DNA of 33,740 nucleotides from Klebsiella phage phiKp_30: sequence record LC768498.2; one strand, 5' to 3'. Shown piece by piece: positions 16,727 to 27,107 of this stretch (position 1 is its first letter; each line of letters starts with the position of its first letter). The notes under the pieces were generated by a model. It saw only the letters and a program-made list of their open reading frames with translations, ran no database searches and was not told where the DNA came from. The position numbers and the translations under genes were made by a program.

Positions 16727-17992
16727 TTACTGCCCGGCAATAACGATGCCCGTATATTCAGGAACAAGTACAGAGCAACCATACAGAGTGGTGAAACGCG
16801 CAGTGGTTGCGCCTTTGATGTGGTCGAAGGCGTAAGACATGATCAGCGTAGCGCCCTGCTCGGTGGTTGCTGTCATTACCTGTGGACCCTGACCAGTTGG
16901 GAACGCCAGTTTGCCGTACATCAGCTCAACAGAACCATCAGCCCAGAACAGGTTAGCCGGTGCGGCTTTTTTGTTGAGAATGGTGATTGCTGCATTATTT
17001 GCCGCATTAGCATCAACGTTTGCATATGGACTGCTGGCGGTATCCGCGTTGTTAGGCGGCAGAATTTTCGGAGAGATTGTTACGGTGGTTCCTGCTTCGT
17101 CTACTGCCAGAACGCGGAATACCTGCGGTTGCCCGGTGGTATCTTTGGTGATCTGGTGTACGGAATTCACACCTGCGATGGTAAACGCATCGCCAACCTG
17201 CAAACCCGCAGTAGATACCTTAATTGTCCCCTGTCGGTTATCAACAGGCATACCATTAACATCTTTCGCTTCAACCTTGTGCTTAGGTTCTTCAGCCAGC
17301 TCAATGCCAGCGACTACAGTCTTACCCTCCGGAACACGACCGGAAATATCGGTCTTGTAGCTATCGAAGGAAGCAACCGGAGGGATTTGCGCTTTTTCGT
17401 ATGCTGTCATGGTTGCGCCCTGAGCGTAGGCACGGTGACCAAGCTCGCCAGCAAGGTCTTTGTAGTTGAAGGGGTTCCAGAAAGAGCGACGGTTGATACC
17501 CTGCGGCACACCAATCGCCGTCATGGTGGCATCAATATCTGCCGCACCATTCCACAAGGCAAGGCCCCGTGAGCCATTTTCTGAGGCAGGAATTGCGACC
17601 ACGTTAGTAGCACGCTGCGTGACCATGGAAATCAGGTCAGAGTCAATCTGTGCAGCAAGGCGCATACCTGCGGCGCGACCAGCTTCAGTTTTATGTTCCG
17701 GGTCACGCATTTCACGCGCATCCAGAGTGTACAGAATGTTTTTCGGCTCCTTGAACACAGAAGGAACAAGGCGCTGAACCAGTGCTGTTGATTCTTTTCC
17801 GCTGAGGTCCAAGCCCTCCTCAATGTTCATGTGGTAATGCTGCGGACGATACAGAACATCACCTGCTCGCTGCATTGCTGTATCACCGGGACGGAATTTT
17901 TTAGCGTTACGGGAAACTACGCAGGCGGCCTCAAAGCCTTCAACGTAGTTTTCGAACATGATTTCAAGGTCTTTTGCTAATTGGTTAGCCAT
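16727..17992 (-). CDS. Major capsid (coat) protein, P22-like.
   Basis: A 421-aa ORF following the scaffold gene (P22 coat is 430 aa; the Sf6 coat is, as I recall, 423 aa). It has a high-expression context with a terminator downstream. Confidence 0.7.
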   Translation of the reverse strand: MANQLAKDLEIMFENYVEGFEAACVVSRNAKKFRPGDTAMQRAGDVLYRPQHYHMNIEEGLDLSGKESTALVQRLVPSVFKEPKNILYTLDAREMRDPEHKTEAGRAAGMRLAAQIDSDLISMVTQRATNVVAIPASENGSRGLALWNGAADIDATMTAIGVPQGINRRSFWNPFNYKDLAGELGHRAYAQGATMTAYEKAQIPPVASFDSYKTDISGRVPEGKTVVAGIELAEEPKHKVEAKDVNGMPVDNRQGTIKVSTAGLQVGDAFTIAGVNSVHQITKDTTGQPQVFRVLAVDEAGTTVTISPKILPPNNADTASSPYANVDANAANNAAITILNKKAAPANLFWADGSVELMYGKLAFPTGQGPQVMTATTEQGATLIMSYAFDHIKGATTARFTTLYGCSVLVPEYTGIVIAGQ

Positions 17993-18010
17993 GCTTAATG
18001 CTCCGATAGG

Positions 18011-18904
18011 TTATTTTTTTGCCTTTTTAGCGGCGAAATACGGTGTCCAGTCACCAGTTTCCAGCGCCTTGGCTTTCAGTTTGTCGAGGTTATTGATTAC
18101 TGCGCCGTTGCTCCCCTTAACTGTCGGGGTTGTGGCTGCCGTGGTTTTTGCTTTTGGCATGATTCTGGCCTTCGATTCGATACGTTCCAGCAGACGACCA
18201 ATTGCTACGGGGTTGGTAGCTTCTGCCAGTTGCTTGCGCAGTTCAGCGTTGCGACCGAGTGCCAGAACAACGATTTCCGGCTTCTCTGACTCAAACAGGA
18301 TCGCGTTTTGTGTCTCGATGGGAACTTCCTCGAGTACGGCCTGCTCAGCTTCCTGATAGCCAGGAACTTTGAGAGCCTTAACACGTTGCTGATATTTGGA
18401 TAATCGCTCTTGATAGGCAGCCTGAAGCTCCTGCTCCTTCTGCTTGCGAGCCCTCTCCTGTTGCTGGTACTTGCCGTTATCCTCTGCCCACTTAGCCATG
18501 CGTTGCTGGTAGATTTCTTCATCGAAACCGATGTCCTCATCGTCCAGTTTTGGCATTCGCGGTGGTTGAGTGATTACCGGCTGCTGCTCGACGGGTTTCT
18601 GAGACTGACGCATCAGCTCTTTCAGCTCGCGATCTTTCTCTTTAATCGTCTTGCGCAGGTGTTTTACCAGTCCATGCTCTGCGCTATCTTCGCTGGTTGG
18701 CGAATCCAGCTTTTCGTCACCAAAGTAGAATTCCTGTTCTGATTCGTCGTCATCAGTTTCAGTAGCCTCCTCTGCATCATTGCCTGAGGACTCACTGCCA
18801 TCTTCTGTTTCGACTTTTTCAGCCAGTTCGACATCATCAGGAATCTGCTCTGACGCGTCGGTTTCGATTTCAACTTCTGGTGTGTTTTCTGCCATCTGGT
18901 CCAT
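18011..18904 (-). CDS. Scaffolding protein.
   Basis: A 297-aa highly acidic N-terminus, central coiled-coil and basic C-terminus (..DWTPYFAAKKAKK), typical of P22 gp8-type scaffolds. It sits between the portal and coat genes. Confidence 0.7.
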   Translation of the reverse strand: MDQMAENTPEVEIETDASEQIPDDVELAEKVETEDGSESSGNDAEEATETDDDESEQEFYFGDEKLDSPTSEDSAEHGLVKHLRKTIKEKDRELKELMRQSQKPVEQQPVITQPPRMPKLDDEDIGFDEEIYQQRMAKWAEDNGKYQQQERARKQKEQELQAAYQERLSKYQQRVKALKVPGYQEAEQAVLEEVPIETQNAILFESEKPEIVVLALGRNAELRKQLAEATNPVAIGRLLERIESKARIMPKAKTTAATTPTVKGSNGAVINNLDKLKAKALETGDWTPYFAAKKAKK

Positions 18905-18994
18905 TTGTTACCCCTGTTTACTCGATGTTCAGCCCATCGGAAGGCAATGGGGTGCCAGGCCTCATAAAGACAGCCATTGCACGTTATGGGTTAA

Positions 18995-21193
18995 TTACTG
19001 CTGTGGTTGTTGCTGAGTTGATTTTTGCAGGATGCTGCTGATGTCCATGCGCTGCGCATGGCCCTGTGCCTGACTTTTCAGGACAAGCTCTGCATCAGCA
19101 CGGGCATTATCTCCTTGCTGTTGCTGGAACTGTCCGAGCAGTTTCAGAGCCTCGCGGATATCAGATTTCTGCTGGCTATCAGCAGATGCGAGGATTTTCA
19201 CAACGTTTGCCGCTGCAACCTGAGCATCAGTCTGTGCCTGGAATGCTTTAACCTGAATGGCTGCCTGCTCGTTCTGCGCTTTCTGCAATTCAGCCTGACC
19301 AGCAAGAAGCTGACCTTGCGCAGCAACCATAGCCGGATCTGGCTGACTGGCCTGTTGTTGTTTCGCCTGTTCAACCATCTGCTGTTCTTCAGGAGTTCTC
19401 GGATTGATAACTCCAGACAGAAGCAACTGATTGCGGTTGTATTCTTTAAGGTCGTCCATCCCTTCGCCGTCCATATTGTCGAGAATCATCGACGATACAA
19501 GGTCGTGCTTCGGCGTTCCTGGTGGGATAAGTGCCAGCATGGAAAGTAACGACTTAACCGTTGCATCACGGCGAGTAGCGAACGACTGACCTACATCGAC
19601 AGTCACTTCATAGTTACCCTGCGAAAGGTCGTTAAGCGCGATAACCTGCCCTGTCTGACGGTCAACCACTTCACCAGTCATCAGCGCCACGTCATCGCTG
19701 CCATCCTCATTAACGATGCGCATTGGCGTATCGCTGCCATAGACTTCACGAGCCATAGAAAGCCACACGACGCCAGCACGGCGCATGGATTTAGCCATGT
19801 TGTCCATGTAGATATAGGACTGCGTGTCCATCCGGTTAAAGATGCTATCAACGGTATCGGTAGCGACGTTGCTCGGCATGTTCTCAAGCTGCGACGCACC
19901 TGTAATTTGCTGAATAGCCGTTCCGGTGTACTGCAATAGTCCGGCAAGAGCAGGAGGCATTTGTGTCGGAGGTGTATAACTACTTACCTGAGCCTGCGCA
20001 GTAATATCGCCGTTTTTGTTTTTCAGACTGACCATCGGCAGGAACGCCGGGCGCTTTTTGTTGCGCTCCGCCCAATGAGTGGCGAGAGGACCAGGAATCA
20101 TGTCAACATCAACTACAGGAATGCCATCACCGCCAGCCTGAGTAGCGTTATCTGCAATCATAGAAACCATCAGGTTCTCAAGACGCTGTGCATCCATCGC
20201 TTTTGCTGCGTGGCCTTCGATTCGCTCCTGATTATCAACAAATGAGCGACGCCCATATACCGGGATGAGTGGAATATGTTCTCCCGGAATACGCTTTGGT
20301 TCTTCCAGCCATTCAGCGCCAGACAGAAGGCCGCAATAAACGCGGCGTTTCTTCACCGTTCGCTCACCAATCAGTTCGAATGCGCCATCGGTCAGCTCGT
20401 CGACAATATCTTTGATTTGCTCTTCATCATAGATTGCCGTTTCTCCGCTAACAGGGTTGCGCCATGCCGTGAGCTTCACCTTCTCTATGCGAACTTCGTA
20501 GTAGCGACCAACATAGATAGCATCAGGGGTTGACCAGTCATATTGAGTGCCAGTGTCATCACGAGAAAGGCTTGCCGCGATGGAATCAGGGTATTCAGTC
20601 TCGAACGCTTTAGGCGTCATGGAGAACATTTCCATAGCCCACATAGCATCAGAGCGGTCATATTGCTTGCTGTCCTGATCGAAGAAGACGCATGTCGCTG
20701 GGTCGTAAACAGGAAGAAGGCTGATGCGTCGCTGCTCGTTACTCGGATCCATTTCATCTTCGTAATCGGCACACATGCGGAAACAACCGAATCCGCCCGT
20801 TACAGCATCATCAAATGCGTTATCACACGCTTCGCCACCGGATGTATCCTGATAGTCAGCGCGGAATTTGCCGTTCATCTTTTCGGCTAACGCTTCCGAT
20901 GCTTTATCGTCCTTCGGCCTGAATTTAACGCTTATGCGATTCCGTCGATACTCGCCAATGATGCGATCACATTCACGGGCAATCTTATTCAGTTCAAAGC
21001 GCGGATAATGCTCAAACCTGCCTTCATCAAATGAGTAACCAGCGTTTGTGCTGCCTTCCCACTGTGCGCCGGATACCCGGACGAAACGTTGAGCCTCAAT
21101 AATCTGCTCACGCATATCCTGCGTTGCTGACCAGGCATTATCAAAGTTGCACAGCACCTTGCGATGCCAGTCAGTCATCTTTTTTTCTGCCAT
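18995..21193 (-). CDS. Portal protein, P22 gp1-like with a long Gln-rich C-terminal barrel.
   Basis: It is 732 aa (P22 portal is 725 aa). The C-terminal roughly 130 aa is helical and Gln/Ala-rich, like the P22 portal barrel. It follows the large terminase gene. Confidence 0.75.
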   Translation of the reverse strand: MAEKKMTDWHRKVLCNFDNAWSATQDMREQIIEAQRFVRVSGAQWEGSTNAGYSFDEGRFEHYPRFELNKIARECDRIIGEYRRNRISVKFRPKDDKASEALAEKMNGKFRADYQDTSGGEACDNAFDDAVTGGFGCFRMCADYEDEMDPSNEQRRISLLPVYDPATCVFFDQDSKQYDRSDAMWAMEMFSMTPKAFETEYPDSIAASLSRDDTGTQYDWSTPDAIYVGRYYEVRIEKVKLTAWRNPVSGETAIYDEEQIKDIVDELTDGAFELIGERTVKKRRVYCGLLSGAEWLEEPKRIPGEHIPLIPVYGRRSFVDNQERIEGHAAKAMDAQRLENLMVSMIADNATQAGGDGIPVVDVDMIPGPLATHWAERNKKRPAFLPMVSLKNKNGDITAQAQVSSYTPPTQMPPALAGLLQYTGTAIQQITGASQLENMPSNVATDTVDSIFNRMDTQSYIYMDNMAKSMRRAGVVWLSMAREVYGSDTPMRIVNEDGSDDVALMTGEVVDRQTGQVIALNDLSQGNYEVTVDVGQSFATRRDATVKSLLSMLALIPPGTPKHDLVSSMILDNMDGEGMDDLKEYNRNQLLLSGVINPRTPEEQQMVEQAKQQQASQPDPAMVAAQGQLLAGQAELQKAQNEQAAIQVKAFQAQTDAQVAAANVVKILASADSQQKSDIREALKLLGQFQQQQGDNARADAELVLKSQAQGHAQRMDISSILQKSTQQQPQQ

Positions 21194-21194
21194 A

Positions 21195-22610
21195 TCAACC
21201 TACACCACAAGGAATTGAGTAACTGGAATAGTCGGGTTGCGCAGCCGACTCCGGGCAATGCATACACATCATCAACGCATCAGCCAGGTTAGGAGATGGA
21301 ATACCGAGCTTCTGCTTCATTTCGACCTTAGTCATAAGCTCCAGCTTCCCGTTATTATTGAATTTGCGCTGAATCTGCGTCAGTTCTGCAAACAGCTTCT
21401 CCAGCATCTTCTCGCCTATCGCTTCTTTGTCGAAGCTCAGCATGTCGTCGGGGTCTGCATACTCACCGTGGACAACCGCCCGATATGTCAGATACAACCT
21501 GTCAGCCAGCGCGTAATAGAATTGCGCTCGCTTATTGCGGAACACATCGCCAATAGTGCGAACGTTGTCGCCCTGCACGACTTCATCAGCCCATGCTCCA
21601 GCCTGATATGGTGCATCTTCATCAAATGGCGATTCGCTGCCCTTGAACATCGTGGCGGTGATTTTCTTACCGGAGAACGCTTCCGTTGTCTGTCTGCGTA
21701 GCCCTGCACCGACACCATCACCATCCCACAAGTAGTGGTCAGCACCGTCTTCAATCGCCAGCGAAGTAGCCCAGTCAGCACCCTCGTTGATGTCCATCAG
21801 CAGACCTTCGGCAATGCGCTTAACTACCGAACCGTGACGCGATGCATAACCTTTAGCATCTGGCCCTGTATCTGATGGGTCATGCGCAGAGACAACAGCA
21901 CCTTTCGCTTTCCATCCTAGTTTCTTGTGCGCATCGGTTGCAGCTTCAAGCCATTCTCGTTTGATGATTGCCATATCACTTGCGCTTACTGGCTCACCAA
22001 GCCAGATGTGACGATACAGTGTCGGGTTTCTGCGTTTACACTCTTCCATCTCCAGACGGAGAACTTCAGGAAAATGCGGGTTGTCAGTGTAGTTCACCGT
22101 CAGCAGACAAATATCATCGGGAGGATTTACGACGAATCGCTGATAGGTATCGTCGAGTATGTTCTTCGGGTTAAAGCTCACCCATATTTCGGAAAACGGC
22201 TTACGGATGGTTGGAATCAGGATATCCCATGATTCCTTCGTTACCGCTTCCGCTTCCTCCACCCAGCAGATATCAATACCTTCGAGCGATTTAATCTTCG
22301 TCGGGTTGTTTTTGATGCCGTAGAACATGAACTCAGCATTCGATCCGAGATGACGAATCATTGAACGCTGAATATCAAACTCAGCCGAATACCCTTCCCG
22401 CTCTATGGTGTCTTCAAGCAGTCGGATTACCGAATCGCTGATACTGTTTTGCAGTTCACGAGCGCAGAGAATACGCACAGGCTGCCGACGCGCCGCTTCA
22501 ACAAGCAGCCTCGCAATTGCCCATGACTTACCGCTACCTCGACCGCCTTTGGCAACTTTGTAGCGATGCGCCTCAATGAACGGTTCAAAGATAGGATTAA
22601 TCGAGGTCAT
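21195..22610 (-). CDS. Terminase large subunit.
   Basis: Walker A VAKGGRGSGKSWA and Walker B ICWVEEAE are present, with a C-terminal nuclease domain. It is 471 aa and resembles the Sf6/P22-group TerL. Confidence 0.85.
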   Translation of the reverse strand: MTSINPIFEPFIEAHRYKVAKGGRGSGKSWAIARLLVEAARRQPVRILCARELQNSISDSVIRLLEDTIEREGYSAEFDIQRSMIRHLGSNAEFMFYGIKNNPTKIKSLEGIDICWVEEAEAVTKESWDILIPTIRKPFSEIWVSFNPKNILDDTYQRFVVNPPDDICLLTVNYTDNPHFPEVLRLEMEECKRRNPTLYRHIWLGEPVSASDMAIIKREWLEAATDAHKKLGWKAKGAVVSAHDPSDTGPDAKGYASRHGSVVKRIAEGLLMDINEGADWATSLAIEDGADHYLWDGDGVGAGLRRQTTEAFSGKKITATMFKGSESPFDEDAPYQAGAWADEVVQGDNVRTIGDVFRNKRAQFYYALADRLYLTYRAVVHGEYADPDDMLSFDKEAIGEKMLEKLFAELTQIQRKFNNNGKLELMTKVEMKQKLGIPSPNLADALMMCMHCPESAAQPDYSSYSIPCGVG

Positions 22611-23047
22611 TTTCCGAATAGAGTACTCATCGGCGATGTTTCAATCTGGATTGCGCCGCCGTCTTTGCCGGTTAGCTCGTGATCAACCTTGTCGCGCCAT
22701 TTATCCCTCTGTCGATTCTTAAGCCAGAAGATGGCAGCGGTTGTATCAGGCGGGTAATACTTCTCAAGCGGAGTTTCGACAATTCTGTTTTCAATAACAC
22801 GAATATCGATGTCTGGAGCCACGAAGCCCATAGCGCGTTGATAAAGACGATCACTAACTTCTGCATCAGCGACTGCCTTACCCTTTTTTATGGACTCCGA
22901 GAACTTAGGATAATCAAGCTTCCACTTGTTAATAGTTGACTCACTGACTTCAAAGAAATCAGCAAGTTCTGCATCGGTGTAGCCAAGCAAGCACAGTTTG
23001 CGTGCCTGTTCGGCATACGCCTCTTGATACTTTGTTGGGCGCGCCAT
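22607..23047 (-). CDS. Putative terminase small subunit (N-terminal HTH).
   Basis: A 146-aa ORF overlapping the terminase large subunit (TerL) start, with an HTH-like N-terminus (..LGYTDAELADFFEVSESTINKWK..). Confidence 0.6.
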   Translation of the reverse strand: MARPTKYQEAYAEQARKLCLLGYTDAELADFFEVSESTINKWKLDYPKFSESIKKGKAVADAEVSDRLYQRAMGFVAPDIDIRVIENRIVETPLEKYYPPDTTAAIFWLKNRQRDKWRDKVDHELTGKDGGAIQIETSPMSTLFGK

Positions 23048-23049
23048 GT

Positions 23050-23304
23050 TTATGCTCCGGTAGTGAACAGGTCTAACGCTTCCTTCGATTTACGCACCGC
23101 TTCGATTGTGCGGGTCGTGATATCTGAATTAGCGCCGCCTGACTGGAAGTGAATTTTGAATAGCTCAAGCTTCAGCTCGTCAGTGCCAATGAACTGAAAT
23201 GCTTCCTCTGCGGCTGCGTTCTGGTTCATGACCAGTTTGTAAATCTCTAACTGGAATTTCTGTTCTTCAGTCATGGGAATAATCTCTGCCATTGTTGGCT
23301 CCAT
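23050..23304 (-). CDS. Hypothetical protein (84 aa).
   Basis: An ORF immediately upstream of the terminase small subunit (TerS). Confidence 0.4.
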   Translation of the reverse strand: MEPTMAEIIPMTEEQKFQLEIYKLVMNQNAAAEEAFQFIGTDELKLELFKIHFQSGGANSDITTRTIEAVRKSKEALDLFTTGA

Positions 23305-23395
23305 TTATCCGTTAAAAGGGATATCAGTTAAGTTATCCCGTGTAGGGTATAAGCCATTATCAAAGCCACTCTGTAGGGAATGGCTTTTGTAATAA

Positions 23396-23776
23396 CTACT
23401 GTTCGCTTAGCTTCTGCTTCAGCAAGTAACCTTCGAGCATCCAGATTTTGTTTACAGCATTTTGCCGGGCAATCTTCCGACCAATTTCTGCATCAAAATT
23501 TTCCAGGCTTGCACAGGCACTCTCTCCGGTGACGGTGAAGCCATTCTTCAGCACCAGTACGCAGAAAGTGAGCAACTTCAATGGTGATAAATCACGATCG
23601 CCTTCTTCTGGTTTTTCTCTGCCACAATATTCGTTGCTGGAAATGGCACCATTTCGTCCATCATAAGCAGTAAAGTAATGCTCGCTTTTAATCACGTCTT
23701 CGATGTGCTGCGGGGTGATTCGCGGAGCGGTTTTGCCTTTCTCAACGATTTCTTTTTCGATTTGCTGGTCGTTCAT
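23396..23776 (-). CDS. Hypothetical protein (126 aa).
   Basis: An ORF between the Rha-like gene and the terminase module. Confidence 0.4.
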   Translation of the reverse strand: MNDQQIEKEIVEKGKTAPRITPQHIEDVIKSEHYFTAYDGRNGAISSNEYCGREKPEEGDRDLSPLKLLTFCVLVLKNGFTVTGESACASLENFDAEIGRKIARQNAVNKIWMLEGYLLKQKLSEQ

Positions 23777-24002
23777 AATTATGACCCTGTAGAGTAGTTG
23801 CTTGATTAGGATGTCTTTCCATCAGTCCGCCACCACAAAGAATCTTTTTTGCCATAAGGCTGGAGGTTCATCTTTCAGTGGCTGCCAGTGTTATTTCCCC
23901 ACTTACTAGCTTGGGTTGTTTCGTGGTACTGCCGTTAACTGGTGGCCCAGAATAAATTCCGGTTTCATTATCAAGCCCACCCGTAGATGGGCTTTGGGAT
24001 GG

Positions 24003-24545
24003 TCACTTTGGCAGTCCGGGGATCGATATTTGCGCCTGCTGCTCAAGCCTTTCGATTCTTGCTATGAGTTGCGGTTTTTTGATCCTGCCCCAGCGGTTCA
24101 GCAAGCGTCCTGACATACTGGCAACATCCTTTTCCTTCATGAACTCCAGCATTACGGCATTTCTCTCTTCTTCAAATTGACGATGACCAACCTGAAGCAT
24201 GGCGTACATCCAGTTGAATGCGTTGATGTAAGCAATTTTGATACGCATTGCTTCTTTTTTGGTGTAGGACATAACCAAAAGCATCAACCCATCCTTGCGG
24301 AGACGGTAGAATTTTTGCGGCTTACCATTCTGTAACTCATTGTTTTTATAGCAAAGCTCAAAGTTGAGCTTTGTATCAAACTCAGGAGGGCAAGCTTCTA
24401 TGGTTCGCTCAATGTCACGGACTACGTTCTTCGGCAGCTTTCCAAATGCTTTTGCCACCATAAAAGAATCTGTAACCGGATCGTTGTTTGCTACAAAAAT
24501 TAGGTCTCTGAAATCTATATCGTTAACAACGGTTGGGTAGTTCAT
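24003..24545 (-). CDS. rha: Rha-family phage regulatory protein (N-terminal Rha domain only).
   Basis: DSFMVAKAFGKLPKNVVRDIERTIEA resembles the Rha N-terminal signature (..GKRHDNVLRDI..). It follows the lysis cassette, as rha does in P22. Confidence 0.55.
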   Translation of the reverse strand: MNYPTVVNDIDFRDLIFVANNDPVTDSFMVAKAFGKLPKNVVRDIERTIEACPPEFDTKLNFELCYKNNELQNGKPQKFYRLRKDGLMLLVMSYTKKEAMRIKIAYINAFNWMYAMLQVGHRQFEEERNAVMLEFMKEKDVASMSGRLLNRWGRIKKPQLIARIERLEQQAQISIPGLPK

Positions 24546-24692
24546 TGCGTCTTTACCTTTTAGAAAGATGAGCCTGTTCGCACAGAAAAGCCGTCCCCGA
24601 GATGGTCGCCACCATATACGGCAATTCTCAGGCTCAGCTTTCTGAAAGACTCGGGATTGTTACGCGCTGCGATGCGCGGTTTACTGCAGATG

Positions 24693-24718
24693 TAAAAAAG
24701 CCCCGCATCGCGAGGCGC
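24693..24718 (-). terminator. Rho-independent terminator after Rz/Rz1 (GCCUCGC-GAU-GCGGGGC, then UUUUUUAC).
   Basis: A 7-bp stem with one G-U pair and a T6 run is read on the minus strand 32 nt after the Rz stop. Confidence 0.5.
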
Positions 24719-24749
24719 ATTAAATGGACTTTGTGATTTGCAAAAAAAA

Positions 24750-25199
24750 TTATTTCAGGCATTGCGTCCTGATGTATTCCTGCAGGTAGTTAACCTGCGC
24801 GGTTATCCTGTCGATTCCACTTCTGAGACGGTAATAATTGAGTTCAGCATCTGCTGTAAGTCTTGGGCTTTCTCCATCGCCCATGCTGCTGGCTCCGGTC
24901 GTTGACTTTGCACAGGTGGCGGCGACTTGCAGGCGCTTACGACCAGCAGAAACATCAGCACGGAGACTTTCGATAGTCGCGTTAGCATCAGCAAGCTCCT
25001 TTGTGTATCTGGCGTCGAGTTCTGCTACGTCACGTTGACGCTTCTGCATGTCAGCGATGATGTACGTGGCTTTATCGCGCTGCTCTTTGTATGCGATGGC
25101 GTTATCACGGTAATGATTAACAGCCCATGACAGGCAGACGATGATGCAGATAACCAGAGCGGAGATAATCGCGGTTACTCTGCTCATTGTTGCCCCCAC
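24750..25199 (-). CDS. Rz: Rz i-spanin.
   Basis: [31 protein letters not shown].. is near-identical to the lambda Rz N-terminus. It overlaps the endolysin 3' end. Confidence 0.85.
   Translation of the reverse strand: MGATMSRVTAIISALVICIIVCLSWAVNHYRDNAIAYKEQRDKATYIIADMQKRQRDVAELDARYTKELADANATIESLRADVSAGRKRLQVAATCAKSTTGASSMGDGESPRLTADAELNYYRLRSGIDRITAQVNYLQEYIRTQCLK
24803..24994 (-). CDS. Rz1: Rz1 o-spanin embedded in the +1 frame of Rz.
   Basis: It has a lipobox LLVVSAC and a Pro-rich segment, and is nested inside Rz like lambda Rz1. Confidence 0.7.
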   Translation of the reverse strand: MLMLTRLSKVSVLMFLLVVSACKSPPPVQSQRPEPAAWAMEKAQDLQQMLNSIITVSEVESTG

Positions 25200-25687
25200 A
25201 AACAGACTTCACGCTCAATCTCACGACGAGTCATCAGGCCTTTCCATTGCTTACCGCCAGCGTATGTCCAGCGACGTAGCTGGTCACATGCGCCTTTGAT
25301 ATCGCCCTGGTTTATTTTGCGAAGAAGCGTCGATGTTCTGAAATTGCCAGCACCCACGTTGTAGACGAACGAGTAAAGAGCGCCGCGCGTTGTTTCCGGT
25401 ATATCGACTTTGATGTACGGGTTAATTTGTCTGGCGACCGTGGCAAGGTCTTTATTCAGGAGGGCTTTGCATTCTGCTTCGGTATACGTTTTACCGAGCA
25501 TGATGTCTTTTCCGGTGTGTCCGTGGCATACAGTCCATACACCAACAATATCTTTGTATGGTATGTAGCTGACACCTTCCAGACCATCGTTACCACTTGG
25601 GCCAGTGATTAACACAGATGCTATGGCAATAGCCCCGCCACTTATCGCCGCTATTACGCTATTTCGTAGTGCCGGTGACATTGCCAT
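25184..25687 (-). CDS. R: SAR endolysin (T4-lysozyme/GH24 family) with an N-terminal signal-arrest-release domain, phage-21 R type.
   Basis: [46 protein letters not shown].. has a Gly/Ala-rich SAR helix followed by the lysozyme catalytic E..D..T region. It resembles R21. Confidence 0.85.
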   Translation of the reverse strand: MAMSPALRNSVIAAISGGAIAIASVLITGPSGNDGLEGVSYIPYKDIVGVWTVCHGHTGKDIMLGKTYTEAECKALLNKDLATVARQINPYIKVDIPETTRGALYSFVYNVGAGNFRTSTLLRKINQGDIKGACDQLRRWTYAGGKQWKGLMTRREIEREVCLWGQQ

Positions 25688-25862
25688 TCAATCTGTCCTC
25701 GCGCTCTTTGCGCTTGTAGTACCAGTTGATGCCAAATGTGCCGACAGTACAAAGAATACCAATGATGACAGCCCAGTCATTCAGGGAGAGAATGCCACCC
25801 ATCGCAGTCAGTCCTCCAAAGCTGTAACTGAACCATTCTCTGATTTTGTCCATACGGTACAT
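25659..25862 (-). CDS. S: Putative class II (pin)holin, two TMDs.
   Basis: A 67-aa ORF immediately upstream of the SAR endolysin, with two hydrophobic segments and a charged C-terminus ([13 protein letters not shown]). Confidence 0.6.
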   Translation of the reverse strand: MYRMDKIREWFSYSFGGLTAMGGILSLNDWAVIIGILCTVGTFGINWYYKRKEREDRLNGNVTGTTK

Positions 25863-26152
25863 GCTCTACCCCTTCATTGAGGGGATTTGCTCTATTTAAT
25901 TAGGAACAAGGTCGATTACTGATAGAACAAATCCAGGCTACTGTGTTTAGTAATCAGATTTATTCGTGACCGATATGCACGGGCAAAACGGCATGAGGTT
26001 GTTAGCGCAACCTCCCGCCACCCGATTTCACGAAGCCAGCCATTGAGCTGGTTTTCTTTTATGCAAAGCACACCGCACCGTAGCCACAGCGGATAAGGTG
26101 ATTATTTTGGTCTGTCTGGTATTTGGTTTGATGTGCTTTCAGAAAGGCCGTG

Positions 26153-26191
26153 CTTAAAACGCAAAAAGCCCCGAGCTATTAACTCAGGGCT
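26153..26191 (-). terminator. tR'-like rho-independent terminator (AGCCCUGAG-UUAAUAG-CUCGGGGCU, then UUUUGCGUUUU), about 60 nt downstream of the PR' start.
   Basis: A 9-bp stem and T-run are read on the minus strand. The plus strand has a weaker mirror hairpin. Confidence 0.65.
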
Positions 26192-26228
26192 TTATTTAAC
26201 GAGTGCATTTATCCATCTTTGATGTCAA

Positions 26229-26257
26229 ATTTACCCAACTTTATTCAAAAAGTCAAT
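26229..26257 (-). promoter_or_regulatory. Late promoter PR' with qut region: -35 TTGACT, a 17-bp spacer TTTTGAATAAAGTTGGG, -10 TAAATT.
   Basis: It is near-identical to my recollection of lambda PR' (TTGACTTATTGAATAAAATTGGGTAAATTTGACTC) and sits directly after the Q stop. Confidence 0.7.
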
Positions 26258-26298
26258 ATCATGCCGTTAATATGTTGCCATCCGTGGCAATCATGCTG

Positions 26299-26922
26299 CT
26301 AACGTGTGACCGCATTCAAAATGTTGTCTGCAATTGACTCTTCCTTGTGGCATTGCACCACCAGAGCGTCATACAGCGGCTTAACAGTGCGTGACCAGGT
26401 GGGTTGGGTAAGGTTTGGGATTAGCATCGTTACAGCGCGATATGCGGCGCTTGCTGGCATTCTTGAATAGCCGACACCTTTGCATCTTCCGCACTCTTTC
26501 TCAACAACTCTCCCCCACTGCTCCGTTTTGGCTATATCAACCGCACGGCCTGTACCGTGGCAATCTCTGCATCTTGCGCCCGGCGTCGCGGCACTACGGC
26601 AATAATCCGCATAAGCGAATGTTGCGAGCACTTGCAGTACCTTTGCCTTAGTATTTCCTTCAAGCTTTGCCACACCACGGTATTTCCCCGATACCTTGTG
26701 TGCAAATTGCATCAGATAGTTGATAGCCTTTTGTTTGTCGTTCTGGCTGAGTTCATGCTTACCGCAGAATGCAGCCATTCCGAATCCGGCTTGTGATTGC
26801 GCCATCCCCATAGCAGCCATCACATCAGTACAGGAAAGAGAGTCAGAAGCCGTAGCCCGTGGTGAGTCGCTCATCATCGGGCTTTTTGGCGAATGAAATT
26901 TAGCTACGCTTTCGAGTCTCAT
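26299..26922 (-). CDS. Q: Late-gene antiterminator Q (lambda Q type, 207 aa).
   Basis: MRLESVAKFHSPKSPMMSDSP.. with the zinc motif CRDCHGTG..CGRCKGVG. It appears essentially identical to my recollection of lambda Q. PR' follows it. Confidence 0.85.
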   Translation of the reverse strand: MRLESVAKFHSPKSPMMSDSPRATASDSLSCTDVMAAMGMAQSQAGFGMAAFCGKHELSQNDKQKAINYLMQFAHKVSGKYRGVAKLEGNTKAKVLQVLATFAYADYCRSAATPGARCRDCHGTGRAVDIAKTEQWGRVVEKECGRCKGVGYSRMPASAAYRAVTMLIPNLTQPTWSRTVKPLYDALVVQCHKEESIADNILNAVTR

Positions 26923-27107
26923 CGTCTTCCCCTCTTGCCCTGTTTGACCATCAGGACGCCGTTAACTATTACGTGACGCTCGCCTTTGCTGTCTCGGCTG
27001 TACTTGAGCACTGTTCCTCTTGCGCAGGAAAGCATCCTCGCCACTTCGGTCTGATTGCCTCGTGTCTGGATAAGAAGCTCTGGTATCGTTTGAATTGTGG
27101 CGTTCAT
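26919..27107 (-). CDS. ninH: NinH-like protein.
   Basis: ..TIPELLIQTRGNQTEVARMLSCARGTVLKYSRDSKGERHVIVNGVLMV resembles lambda NinH. It overlaps the Q start. Confidence 0.55.
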   Translation of the reverse strand: MNATIQTIPELLIQTRGNQTEVARMLSCARGTVLKYSRDSKGERHVIVNGVLMVKQGKRGRR

